Under the pieces are notes generated by a model. It made no database searches, was not told where the DNA came from, and saw only the letters and a list, made by a program, of their open reading frames with translations. The position numbers were made by a program, and so were the translations under genes. Shown here in pieces: positions 48,491 through 59,620 of a DNA stretch of 64,000 nt. How positions within the stretch are numbered: the stretch's first letter is position 1; every line of letters begins with the position of its first letter. Source of the stretch: Macrostomum hystrix (lineage: Eukaryota; Animalia; Platyhelminthes); the NCBI GenBank assembly GCA_950097015.1, contig CATNEN010000033.1:1488001-1552000 (forward strand). The letters run 5' to 3'.

Positions 48491-51370
48491 GGGGTATTTG
48501 ATTAAGCACTGATCAACTAAAACACACGGGGTAGTGGATTAAGGACTGATCAACTAAAACACACGGGGTAGTGGATTAAGGACTGATCAACTAAAACACA
48601 CGGGGTAGTGGATTAAGGACTGATCAACTAAAACCATGGTCAAACTGATGGAGAGATTGGTGCTCTGGCGCCTCCTCTCTGTGGAGCTGAAAAATATGCC
48701 ACTAAGCGGCAATCAACACGCCTTTCGATCGGGACGTTCCACCGAAAGCGCTCTCCACGCTCTGGTGGACGCTCTGGAAAAGGCCGTCCTCGGGAACGGC
48801 TTTGCCCTGAGCATCTTCCTGGATATTGACGGGGCCTTCGACAACGTTCTCTTCGAGGCGTTTGACAGGGCCCTACGTATGCGGCACACGCATTCGCATC
48901 TTAGGAGGTGGATCATGTACATGGTCCGCCACCGCACTGCTACGGCACACCTTCTTGGACACCAGCGGACGGTCACTGTCTGCAAAGGTTGCCCACAAGG
49001 CGGCGTCCTCTCACCAGTTCTCTGGAACATGGTTATCGACGAGCTCTTACGAGACTCTCAGCCAGACCCCATCCTAAAGGTCGGCTATGCGGATGATGTT
49101 ACGGCAGTGGCATCTGGCCCGGTACCAGAGGCCCTCCGAGACCTTCTGCAAAACTTTATCAACAACGCCGAAAGATGGGCAACTCGCTGCGGTCTGAAGC
49201 TCTCCGAGTCTAAGACAGCGGCGATCATGTTCACCAGCAAAAACAAATGGCATATTCGCCCCCTGCAGCTGTATGGAAAGGACATCACCTTCCAGAAGCA
49301 AACTAAATGCCTGGGCATAACGCTCGATCACAGGCTCAGCTGGACTCCTCATGTCCATGCCAAAGCCAAAAAGGCCTTTGCGATCCTGGCGCAGCTGCGC
49401 AGGGCGGTGGGCAACACGTGGGGTCTCACCCCCAAACGCCTATGGTGGATCTACACTGCTATGGTCAGGCCGGCTGTCTCGTACGCCGGACTGATCTGGG
49501 CTAGTGCCCTGCAGCTTAAGACCTGCCATGAGACTCTTCGGAGAGTGCAAGGTCGCGCATGTCGAACGATCATGAGCGCCCCGCCATCCGCCCCCTTCGA
49601 TGGCCTCAACGCCTTCTTGAACATCCTCCCGCTCGATATCTTTATCCGCGGGGAGGCGGCAAAAACCGCCCGGCGTCTCCTTGATGCCGGTGTGCGCTTC
49701 GTCCCCCAACGAGCGGCAGCGAAGCGAAAGCTCCTGCCGCACACGGACCTTTGCCTGAGAGACTTGGGTGCGAGCAACGGAATCAATGTCCTTACGGACG
49801 GTGAACCGTGCTCGCTCAACCTCCTTCAGCGCTTTAAGGTTCTCATCCCCACCAGGGACCAAGTTAGCGACCACTGGAACACCCAGGAGGTCCACTGCTA
49901 CACGGACGGATCCATGAAGGATGGCTCCGCTGGCTTCGGGGTCTGTATCCTTATCAACGGACGTGTTGTCGCCACACACGCCCAACACACTGGAAAATCC
50001 TCGAGCGTTTTCCAGAACGAGGTCCTGGCCATCAGCTCCTGCGCTGCGGAGTTGAATGAGAAAAACATCTCAGGCAGGACTATCATCTTTCACTCGGACA
50101 GTCAGGCTGCTCTGCAAGCCCTCTGTCACACCACCACAACCTCCAGGACAGTCTCCGACTGTGTCCGGCAGCTCAATAACCTGGCCGGTAAGAATACCGT
50201 CAGACTTCAGTGGATACCAGGGCACGCCGGTTTCCCTGGTAACGAGCTTGCTGACCACCTGGCCAAGCAGGGAGGAGCCAGCTCTGCACCGGACCCCTCC
50301 CCCCGGCTCCGATTCCGAGCACCGTCATTTATCGTCAGATTAATGATTGGACTGCCAACCTCCATCTTACCCGGTGGAGAAGCACCACTAACTGCCGCCA
50401 ATCCAAAGCGGCAGTTCCAGTGCCATCCGCTCGGCTCCGGAAGGTCCTTCTGAACCAGACCCGGAAGGACATCCGGGCCCTCACCATGACCCTCACGGGC
50501 CATGGCTGCTACGCCAGACACTGTTTCCTCCGTGGAGACCTCCGGAGTGAGCTGTGCCCTTTCTGCAACCTTGAGGACGAGGATGCCCTGCACTTCGTCT
50601 GCCACTGCCCTTTCTTCACCAGAGAGAGGCTTACACGGGGTAGTGGATTAAGCACTGATCAACTAAAACACACGGGGTAGTGGATTAAGCACTGATCAAC
50701 TAAAACACACGGGGTAGTGGATTAAGGACTGATCAACTAAAACACACGGGGTAGTGGATTAAGCACTGATCAACTAAAACACACGGGGTAGTGGATTAAG
50801 GACTGATCAACTAAAACACACGGGGTAGTGGATTAAGCACTGATCAACTAAAACACACGGGGTAGTGGATTAAGCACTGATCAACTAAAACACACGGGGT
50901 AGTGGATTAAGGACTGATCAACTAAAACACACGGGGTAGTGGATTAAGCACTGATCAACTAAAACACACGGGGTAGTGGATTAAGCACTGATCAACTAAA
51001 ACACACGGGGTAGTGGATTATGGACTGATCAACTAAAACACACGGGGTAGTGGATTAAGCACTGATCAACTAAAACACACGGGGTAGTGGATTAAGGACT
51101 GATCAACTAAAACACACGGGGTAGTGGATTAAGCACTGATCAACTAAAACACACGGGGTAGTGGATTAAGGACTGATCAACTAAAACACACGGGGTAGTG
51201 GATTAAGCACTGATCAACTAAAACACACGGGGTAGTGGATTAAGCACTGATCAACTAAAACACACGGGGTAGTGGATTAAGGACTGATCAACTAAAACAC
51301 ACGGGGTAGTGGATTAAGGACTGATCAACTAAAACACACGGGGTAGTGAATTAAGCACTGACGAACTGAA
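48491..51370. repeat. Satellite variant B, 37-bp unit TAAAACACACGGGGTAGTGGATTAAG(G/C)ACTGATCAAC, interrupted by a retroelement fragment
   Basis: About 3.5 units at 48491-48634 and about 19 units at 50633-51370. The unit is homologous to variant A. Confidence 0.95.
48635..50632 (+). mobile_element. Non-LTR retrotransposon internal fragment (RT + RNase H + Zn knuckle; LOA/R1/I-like), truncated at both ends
   Basis: NQHAFRSGRST, SIFLDIDGAFD, GCPQGGVLSP, GYADD, KCLGITLD; RNase H YTDGS, FQNEVLAI, FHSDSQAAL, WIPGHAG...NELAD; then LTGHG...CPFC...H...C. There is one frameshift in the C-run near 50295-50310. Confidence 0.93.
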
Positions 51371-52087
51371 ATAAAAAAGCAAGCAAACGCCACAGATGGT
51401 ACAGTTTAATGATAAAGTGAGAGCTAAGTGTACCTTCATCAAGTCAATATTTTTACTTTGATGTTCAAGAGCTGGTAAATGCAGACCTGATCTGCAAGCT
51501 AGATTCAATTTTGCAAAAGCGACCAATGGGGAATAAAATGGTTTCCGAGTATGCGTGAATTTCCAAGTTTGTAAAAACTATTTATTATTGAAAATGAGAA
51601 TTAACCATTGAAAAGCACATTACCGAAAAAAGATATTATTAATCAAAATAGCGCTTTGCACATGGAAAATGAGATAAATCAACTTTCTAGTTTCAACTTT
51701 GAGCCGTTAAAACTCTGTTAACTTTTAACTCGAGTTAAAACTCTGACGACACAACTGCTTTTATATTGCACCCTGGAAGGACCCTGGAGTGATGAACATT
51801 GATGGGATAAAAATTTGCGCCAAGAAGAGAGTCAATAATGGGCTTTGGTTGACAGATGACAAAATTATATTATCCATATTTAAGCTGGTACAAGCATTAA
51901 ACGGGATAATTTCGCAGTGGCTAATATAATTTGTTGCTAACATTGCCGTATATTGTACTATAAAAGTGCACTAATTGAGCTGAAGTCCAAGGCGATGTCT
52001 ATACGGATTATTATCGGTATAATAAGCATTGAGTATAGTTTAGTTCAAGCAGGTGGCAGCGCCCGTGTGACTCTTATCGGCTGAGGT

Positions 52088-53676
52088 TCAGGGCCGGGCC
52101 AGGAAGGTGAAAAGCAGGCCGAGAACCACAGCAACGGAGGAGGCAGCCACGGAGCCGGAGCCGTTGCACTTGTCGCTGGCGCACACGCAGTAGCGCACCT
52201 TGATCTTCTTGGTGCCGACCCGGTCATAGCAGGTGTTTCCATTGCTCTCAACCTCCGTGCCGCACATGCGATCCACAATGGTGATGCCCTCCACTAGAAG
52301 GCGAGAAATTGTTAGGGAGAGAGGAGATTATTGTAAATTCATTATCCGCTGGGGATCTGTGAGAGCGATAATCCAATCTGGGGATCTGTGAGAGCGATAA
52401 TCCAATCAGGGGATCTGTGAGAGCGACAATCCAATCTGGGGATCTGTGAGAGCGATAATCCAATCTGGGGATCTGTGAGAGCGATAATCCAATCTGGGGA
52501 TCTGTGAGAGCGATAATCCAATCTGGGGATCTGTGAGAGCGACAATCCAATCTGGGGATCTGTGAGAGCGATAATCCGAAGACGTTGGATCTCCAAAGAA
52601 GTCAAGAAGATCATGGTGCATTATTAATTATGATAAATCAACATAAATCAAAAAGCAAGAGTCAATAATTTAGTTTAGATCACAAAGATTCAAAGAATGA
52701 ACGCCGGTAGAAAAAGAGTCCGTCTGAGAGTAGCGAGTTTGGCAATTTGTAAATAACAAAAGTGTTCAGATTTTCAAACAAACAATTCAGACTGAAGGCT
52801 CACTGACCATCCTGCCTCTGCTTCCAGCAGACCTTTGCATCTGGCACTGGCTTAAAGAAGTTGGAAAAATTTGCATTGTTTCGGCCGTCTTTACAGTCGA
52901 TGAGGTAATCCTTGCTGACCGGTTCCGAGTCGCAGCCTTTGTCGCTAAGACTATTGCACACGTAGCACTTCAGAGCGTTCGCTGCACGATTAGGTTGGGT
53001 ACAATAAGTACATTGGGTACAATAGGTACATTGGGTACAATAAGTACATTGGGTACAATAGGTATGATGGAGGCTGACAATTGAAATCACCGAAATTCAC
53101 GACCCACTGCTGCGATCTACCCCCTGTCCTATCAGGGCTGCGGATGCCTTCTACCCGCTGTCCCATCAGGGCTGTGGATGCCTTCTACCCGCTGTCCTTC
53201 AGGGCTGCGGATGCCTTCTACCCGCTGTCCTTCAGGGCTGCGGATGCCTTCTACCCGTTGTCCTTCAGGTCTGCGGATGCCTTCTACCCGTTGTCCTTCA
53301 GGTCTGCGGATGCCTTCTACCCGCTGTCCTTCAGGGCTGCGGATGCCTTCTACCCGCTGTCCTTCAGGGCTGCGGATGCCTTCTACCCGCTGTCCTTCAG
53401 GGCTGCGGATGCCTTCTACCCGCTGTCCTTCAGGGCTGCGGATGCCTTCTACCCACTGTCCTTCAGGGCTGCGGATGCCTTCTACCCGCTGTCCTTCAGG
53501 GCTGCGGCTTCGATCTACCCGCTGTCCTTCAGGGCTGCGGCTTCGATCTACCTCCTGTCCTTCAGGGCTAACTGCTAACACAAGGTCCCGGCCTGTATCC
53601 ATCATGTAAAAGATTAAAAGTACTTACCGCAGCAAAGGCAGGCCATCAGTGACAGGAAAATAACAATGCTCTTCAT
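52088..53676 (-). CDS. GPI-anchored Ly6/uPAR three-finger protein (quiver/sleepless-like). Exons 53628-53676, 52808-52981, 52088-52293
   Basis: Signal peptide MKSIVIFLSLMACLCCANA, LKCYVCNS...C...C...CWKQRQDVEGITIVDRMC...C...CVCASDKCN, and a hydrophobic GPI tail. Splice phases 1 and 1 are compatible. Confidence 0.9.
52345..52577. repeat. 29-bp intronic minisatellite GATCTGTGAGAGCGATAATCCAATCTGGG
   Basis: About 8 visible copies. Confidence 0.9.
53130..53572. repeat. 33-bp intronic minisatellite GGATGCCTTCTACCCGCTGTCCTTCAGGGCTGC
   Basis: About 13 visible copies. Confidence 0.92.
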
Positions 53677-55212
53677 TGTCCGAAGACGGTTCAGATTTTC
53701 TGTCTGCTGAACAAATTAGCTAGCAAAAGTCGAAGTACGCAGAAGCTAACAGTTTCTGAAAGCTAAATGGGCGCCAAACAAACACGAGACGGGTGTGGAA
53801 CTCTAATTTATTCGGGGTTCATCGAGGGTGAAAATGGAGGAGAGGAAGTAGCAAGGAGCCTCATGAGCGTGCAATGAGCGAGGCAAGCTTTTCACTCCAC
53901 TGGTTTATATTTGGAGAGATCTTGTTGACGATTTGGCCAAATAAAACACGCAGTAGGGAAGGAAAGCCTCCATCTCTGGTTTTTTTCTATCTCGAATGTA
54001 CACTCCACATGTACATACGTGAACGGAAAGTAGAGAACCAATTAGGACCAAGTAGGAGGGGCAGAAGCCATGATTTCGCAATTCTGTTTAATTGGCAAAA
54101 CCCTGTCCGAGTTGATAGAACGCAAATGAAGGAGTCAATTTGCACAAAAGTTAGCATTCTAAAACTCGTCTGTGATTTAGCTGTTAGTTTAGTGAATGGA
54201 TTTGGAGCGAAGCTGTTCTTGGTAAAAAGTATGCTAATTAGACAACTGCAACTAACATGCATGTTGGTATAGTTTTACGAGTCGCTATATATTTAGTTTC
54301 TCTGGTATTATAAGAAAATCATAAGCTAAGCATTGCTATGCTAAATTATATTACTTATATACCATGCTTATAGCTGATTAAGTCGGCTAGCACTTTGCAT
54401 TATTTAACTGCTGTAATTTAAATATCCAACTACACTGTCAACTATATCGAAATAATAATAATAATAATGATTGCAGGAGGGCTGTAGGTAATGGCGCATG
54501 ATTTAGTGACACTAGACCCGCAGCGAGCGAGGAGGCAATTGTGCCCACTGGCTGACTACTGAGCAATGGACTCCTATATAATATAACCTGTACGAATAGC
54601 CTCGGAAGACCCCCACTTTTGTTCCTCATTTAATTTCTTCGGAGGCTCAGCTTGTACACAAAAACACTGAAAAAGGAACAGGGGCAAAAAGTAAGGACTT
54701 TATCTGCTTTGCTGCTCGAAACACAAGCTCGTAAATGTTCAAAACTCTGGGTTTGTTTAGTAATGTTTATTCTGCTTCATGCCGTGACTAATAATCCACT
54801 TGTTGGAAATAGGGAGACAAATCAAGACAAGTGTCTGAGAGATCTCATTTATTAAACTTATTTTTTCGCGTCCTGTTATCCTCATGGCCCACAAGTGCAA
54901 AACTGGGTACAAGACTAATGCTCCATCCTATTTGTCGTCAAAAGGACCTGTGGCTGGACCATCAGGTGCAAGCACTTCTGAATCCGGCCGGCTTGAGAAG
55001 GAAGCACTTGAAGTTCTTTAAGAAAAATTACCACAAAATGATAAGTTTCTTAAAATAACTTCAATGACTGTTTAATTTTATTTTTTAGGGCTAAAACTGA
55101 ATAATTTTGCTTTTTTTGAAACAGAAAACTTTGCAGTGTGCTAAAATGCCTCGGCCACAACTTTTAATAGGCTTTTCGTCCAGGTTCTATATAAAGGATT
55201 CCATGCCTTCGC

Positions 55213-55577
55213 ATACGCGCACACAGATACTGAACGCAGGCACACGCACACAGATACTGAACGCAGGCACACGCGCACAGATACTGAACGCAGGCACACG
55301 CGCACAGATACTGAACGCAGGCACACGCACACAGATACTGAACGCAGGCACACGCACACAGATACTGAACGCAGGCACACGCGCACAGATACTGAACGCA
55401 GGCACACGCACACAGATACTGAACGCAGGCACACGCACACAGATACTGAACGCAGGCACACGCACACAGATACTGAACGCAGGCACACGCACACAGATAC
55501 TGAACGCAGGCACACGCACACAGATACTGAACGCAGGCACACGCACACAGATACTGAACGCAGGCACACGCACACAT
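55213..55577. repeat. 27-bp tandem array GCACACAGATACTGAACGCAGGCACAC
   Basis: About 13 copies. It abuts a copy of the dispersed element at 55578-55645. Confidence 0.92.
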
Positions 55578-55657
55578 ACTTTCTCATCGTCAGGCAGTGT
55601 ACACTTTCAGGTAGGTTGGCCCTTAAGGGCGTAAATTGCATGGCATGCATGCATGTC

Positions 55658-56521
55658 TAACTGTTGGACATGAAGTCTACCTATTAGGCCTGGAGTCTAC
55701 CTGTTGGACATGAAGTCTACCTATTAGGCCTGGAGTCTACCTGTTGGACATGAAGTCTACCTATTAGGCCGGGAGTCTACCTGTTGGACATGAAGTCTAC
55801 CTATTAGGCCGGGAGTCTACCTGTTGGACATGAAGTCTACCTATTAGGCCGGGAGTCTACCTGTTGGACATGAAGTCTACCTATTAGGCCTGGAGTCTAC
55901 ATGTTGGACATGGAGTCTACCTATTAGGTGTGGAGTCTACCTGTTGGACATGGAGTCTACCTATTAGGCCTGGAGTCTACCTGTTGGACATGAAGTCTAC
56001 CTATTAGGCCTGGAGTCTACCTGTTGGACATGAAGTCTACCTATTAGGCCTGGAGTCTACCTGTTGGACATGGAGTCTACCTATTAGGTGTGGAGTCTAC
56101 CTGTTGGACATGAAGTCTACCTATTAGGCCTGGAGTCTATCTGTTGGACATGAAGTCTACCTATTAGGCCGGGAGTCTACCTGTTGGACATGAAGTCTAC
56201 CTATTAGGCCGGGAGTCTACCTGTTGGACATGAAGTCTACCTATTAGGCCGGGAGTCTACCTGTTGGACATGAAGTCTACCTATTAGGCCTGGAGTCTAC
56301 CTGTTGGACATGGAGTCTACCTATTAGGTGTGGAGTCTACCTGTTGGACATGGAGTCTACCTATTAGGCCTGGAGTCTACCTGTTGGACATGAAGTCTAC
56401 CTATTAGGCCTGGAGTCTACCTGTTGGACATGGAGTCTACCTATTAGGCCTGGAGTCTACCTGTTGGACATGAAGTCTACCTATTAGGCCTGGAGTCTAC
56501 CTGTTGGACATGGAGTCTACT
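55658..56521. repeat. 40-bp dimeric (2 x 20-bp) array CTGTTGGACATGAAGTCTAC-CTATTAGGCCTGGAGTCTAC
   Basis: About 21 visible dimers. Confidence 0.93.
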
Positions 56522-56734
56522 TCAAATAAGATTTGACTGCACTTTAATTTAACTCAGCCGAAATCAAACAAGTAACAGTAAGGTTGAAACAAAGACGAGC
56601 ATAATTAATTATCTTAAAAGGAGTCCGATTAATTTTTTTAAGTTAGTAACACTTATGAATGTAACACGCAAAAGTACACTTCCCCTGCTTCAACACAGGT
56701 ATCGTCATCAATCGCTTCCTTGGAAATTCAACGC

Positions 56735-56968
56735 TCAGGAAGGTGAGTAGTTGTCGTATCGAGGCCTTTGCCTCCTAAAGTAATAGCCTCGGTACTTCTT
56801 GGCAGCGCTGGCCTCAGTATCTTCGCCATCGTCATCGTAGAAGTCGTCGGAAAGCTGGTCAAAGTCTGCATCGTCGTCCTCGGCTGGCTCTTCCTCGATG
56901 TCGGCCGAAGGCGCGGCAGAAACGGCTGCTAGAAAGAGTAGAAGCAGAACTGCCAGTGCAGTCTTCAT
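56735..56968 (-). CDS. Small secreted peptide precursor (signal peptide, acidic pro-region, basic/aromatic C-terminal peptide), 77 aa
   Basis: MKTALAVLLLLFLAAVSA-APSADIEEEPAEDDDADFDQLSDDFYDDDGEDTEASAA-KK-YRGYYFRRQRPRYDNYSPS*. Codon usage looks coding-like. Confidence 0.7.
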   Translation of the reverse strand: MKTALAVLLLLFLAAVSAAPSADIEEEPAEDDDADFDQLSDDFYDDDGEDTEASAAKKYRGYYFRRQRPRYDNYSPS

Positions 56969-58301
56969 GGTAGTTGAGCTCAGACACAAAGATACAATTG
57001 AAGTTTGTGCTCAATTTGTCACTTGGATTAAGCCATCTGTTGGGACGCCAATAAATACAAAAGCCTTCTCCCGGATCTGGCTGCCTCGTCTGCAGACTTG
57101 GCGGACAGAAATTAATTGCTCAGAATGCCTGGACTGAAACCATCCAGGATTTGAGTAGTGCTAGCAGACAGGTTTTCGAGCATTGTTTAAATTGAAAAGA
57201 TAATTGCTAGAGATTGGCTAGGTGCCAATGCTTGTTTAGCCGCCATTCAGCGTTAGTAATGTTTTTTGGTATTTCTCAGGGTCCGAGCACAGAATATAGG
57301 CTATTGTGCCATAATAGACCTTCGTCTTTAGCGAACAATCGGACAGTTAGTATCGGTGCTTTGTATAGTTTGTTAGTTCGAGAGTGACATTTTCTTACAG
57401 AAATTACTAACCAGCCGTATATAATATTTAAGTTTATTGCAAACTCATTGAAATCAACGAAAGATTTTACAGAAACTAAGCAATAGATGCAAGAATACCG
57501 GGGGGGGGGCAGAACTTTCAAGGAAATGGAAAGCAGTGGCGCCGCCTGTTTTGGGCCCTTCCTGTCGTTCAACTGACTCTAAATCTATATAAAATTAGTT
57601 TCACAGCCGGTTTAGATCAGTAGTGAAGCAGGACCAACTGGAATTAGTGGGGCTTGCTGTCACTTCCAGGCATGCGACACCCACCCACAAATATAACTAT
57701 ACATGTACCGCACGACTGCCCTACGTGACACTTGCCCGCTTGCCCAGAAACAGCAGTTTTGTTAGAAACATTTTTCAAAGGCAGGCAACACCGAATTTTT
57801 CCAGTGATGCGGCACCATAATATCTTCATTTTTGCAATGTCCGTTAGTGTAAGTTGCGAGTATAGTTGCGCTTTTTAACAAGACCGCTGGCTAGAGTTTC
57901 GTCTATGGTAAAACCATATTCGTATTGCTCGTAAAAATTGCATTGGAGAAATAAATTTGAGACAATTCAGCCTTTAGTTTTCATTTCCGTCCTAAATTAG
58001 AACTCACAAGCCTGATGTGAGCTACTTGTGACGAGTAAGACGACGAGAATTTTCGCTCTTTTTTGCCAATTAATAACAAAAAAGGATATTATTTGGTAAT
58101 CAATGTAAATATGAACAAAAAATATACAAAACAGAAAACAGCAGATCGACAGGATAACAAAAACGTGCAGAAGCGAATTGTCAGAGAAAAAATTTACTCA
58201 ACTGTGAAGTGTGAATTGTACTTTAATATCAGTAATCAAATCTGACGTTCGGTCTTGTCAGCTTGTCAGGTATTGTCAGCTAACTGGCGCCTGAAGTACA
58301 T

Positions 58302-59620
58302 TCAGTAGCAGACAATGTCCTTGTCCGGCTTGGACCGCTTGTTGGCCGCATCAAACTTTCTCTGCATATCCATGAGTCGCTGGCCGGTGGCCGTGTTCAC
58401 TCGGTGCCCGTAGTTGCCAGCGTCCGTGTTCGGGAAGCTGGTTGAGAACACTGTGGACTCCTCGGCCAGCACTTTGCGCTCCTTCTTGTTGCCCTGAGGG
58501 ATTGATTTTGATTTTTGGTGCCAATTTTTGGTGGTGAACGCTTTATTTGCAGCCGAGCACAAATTAGAAAGCCGCATTCTCACCTTCTGATCGTACTCTG
58601 TCATGAAGCCCCAGTTTTGCTCCCTGGAATCAAAGGGCGATTCTTTTATGAGTACTACTTTGAGTTCCTGACTCAGTTCGGCATATGAGGGCAGTACTAC
58701 GACTCGTACTTTGAGGTCCGAAATCCATCCCCACTGACTTGAAGGTTCGGGAAATCCATCTCCACTGACTTCTGGGTTCGGGAAATCCATCCCCACTGAC
58801 TTGAAGGTTCGGGAAATCCATCCACACTGACTTGAAGGTTCGGGAAATCCATCCCCACTGACTTGAAGGTTCGGGAAATCCATCCGCACTGACTTGAAGG
58901 TTCGGGAAATCCATCCCCACTGACTTGAAGGTTCGGGAAATCCATCCGCACTGACTTGAAGGTTCGGGAAATCCATCCCCACTGACTTGAAGGTTCGGGA
59001 AATCCATCCGCACTGACTTGAAGGTTCGGGAAATCCATCCACACTGACTTGAAGGTTCGGGAAATCCATCCGCACTGACTTGAAGGTTCGGGAAATCCAT
59101 CCGCACTGACTTGAAGGTTCGGGAAATCCATCCACACTGACTTGAAGGTTCGGGAAATCCATCCCCACTGACTTGAAGGTTCGGGAAATCCATCCCCACT
59201 GACTTGAAGGTTCGGGAAATCCATCCACACTGACTTGAAGGTTCGGGAAATCCATCCGCACTGACTTGAAGGTTCGGGAAATCCATCCACACTGACTTGA
59301 AGGTTCGGGAAATCCATCCGCACTGACTTGAAGGTTCGGGAAATCCATCCCCACTGACGACTTCTGGGTTCGGGAATCCATCTTGAAGGTTCAAGAAATC
59401 CATCCCCACTGACTTAAAGGTTCAGGAAATCCATCTGGACTATAGCATACGTGGATTAAAATGACAGATTGTCTTCGGGCAAGTCAACGAGCCAGTGGCC
59501 TTGACCAGTCGCAGGCTAAACTCACCACTGCTTGGTGTGACGGCTCTCGCTTTCCACGAACTGGCGCCAGACTTTGTCCTGCCCGACTGAGTCCATTTTA
59601 CGCAGCTCCGCGCTTGACAT
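58302..59620 (-). CDS. C2orf50-like (ciliary microtubule inner protein-type) protein. Exons 59526-59620 (start may lie further 5'), 58584-58623, 58302-58493
   Basis: The spliced product MSSAELRKMDSVGQDKVWRQFVESESRHTKQW|EQNWGFMTEYDQK|GNKKERKVLAEESTVFSTSFPNTDAGNYGHRVNTATGQRLMDM... parallels, from memory, human C2orf50 (QDQLWRELLEAE...QNWSFLKDYDPMGNKKE...FSDTVP...GSRLDTPLGQ). Phases 2 and 0 are compatible. Confidence 0.75.
58718..59430. repeat. 31-bp intronic minisatellite CCATCC(G/C/A)CACTGACTTGAAGGTTCGGGAAAT
   Basis: About 22 copies in intron 1 of the C2orf50-like gene. Confidence 0.94.

Noticed and set aside
46785-51370. CRISPR-like or retron/DGR-like RT-plus-array system
   Set aside because: The units are head-to-tail with no unique spacers, the RT is a eukaryotic non-LTR type with RNase H, and there are no cas genes or template/variable repeat pair.
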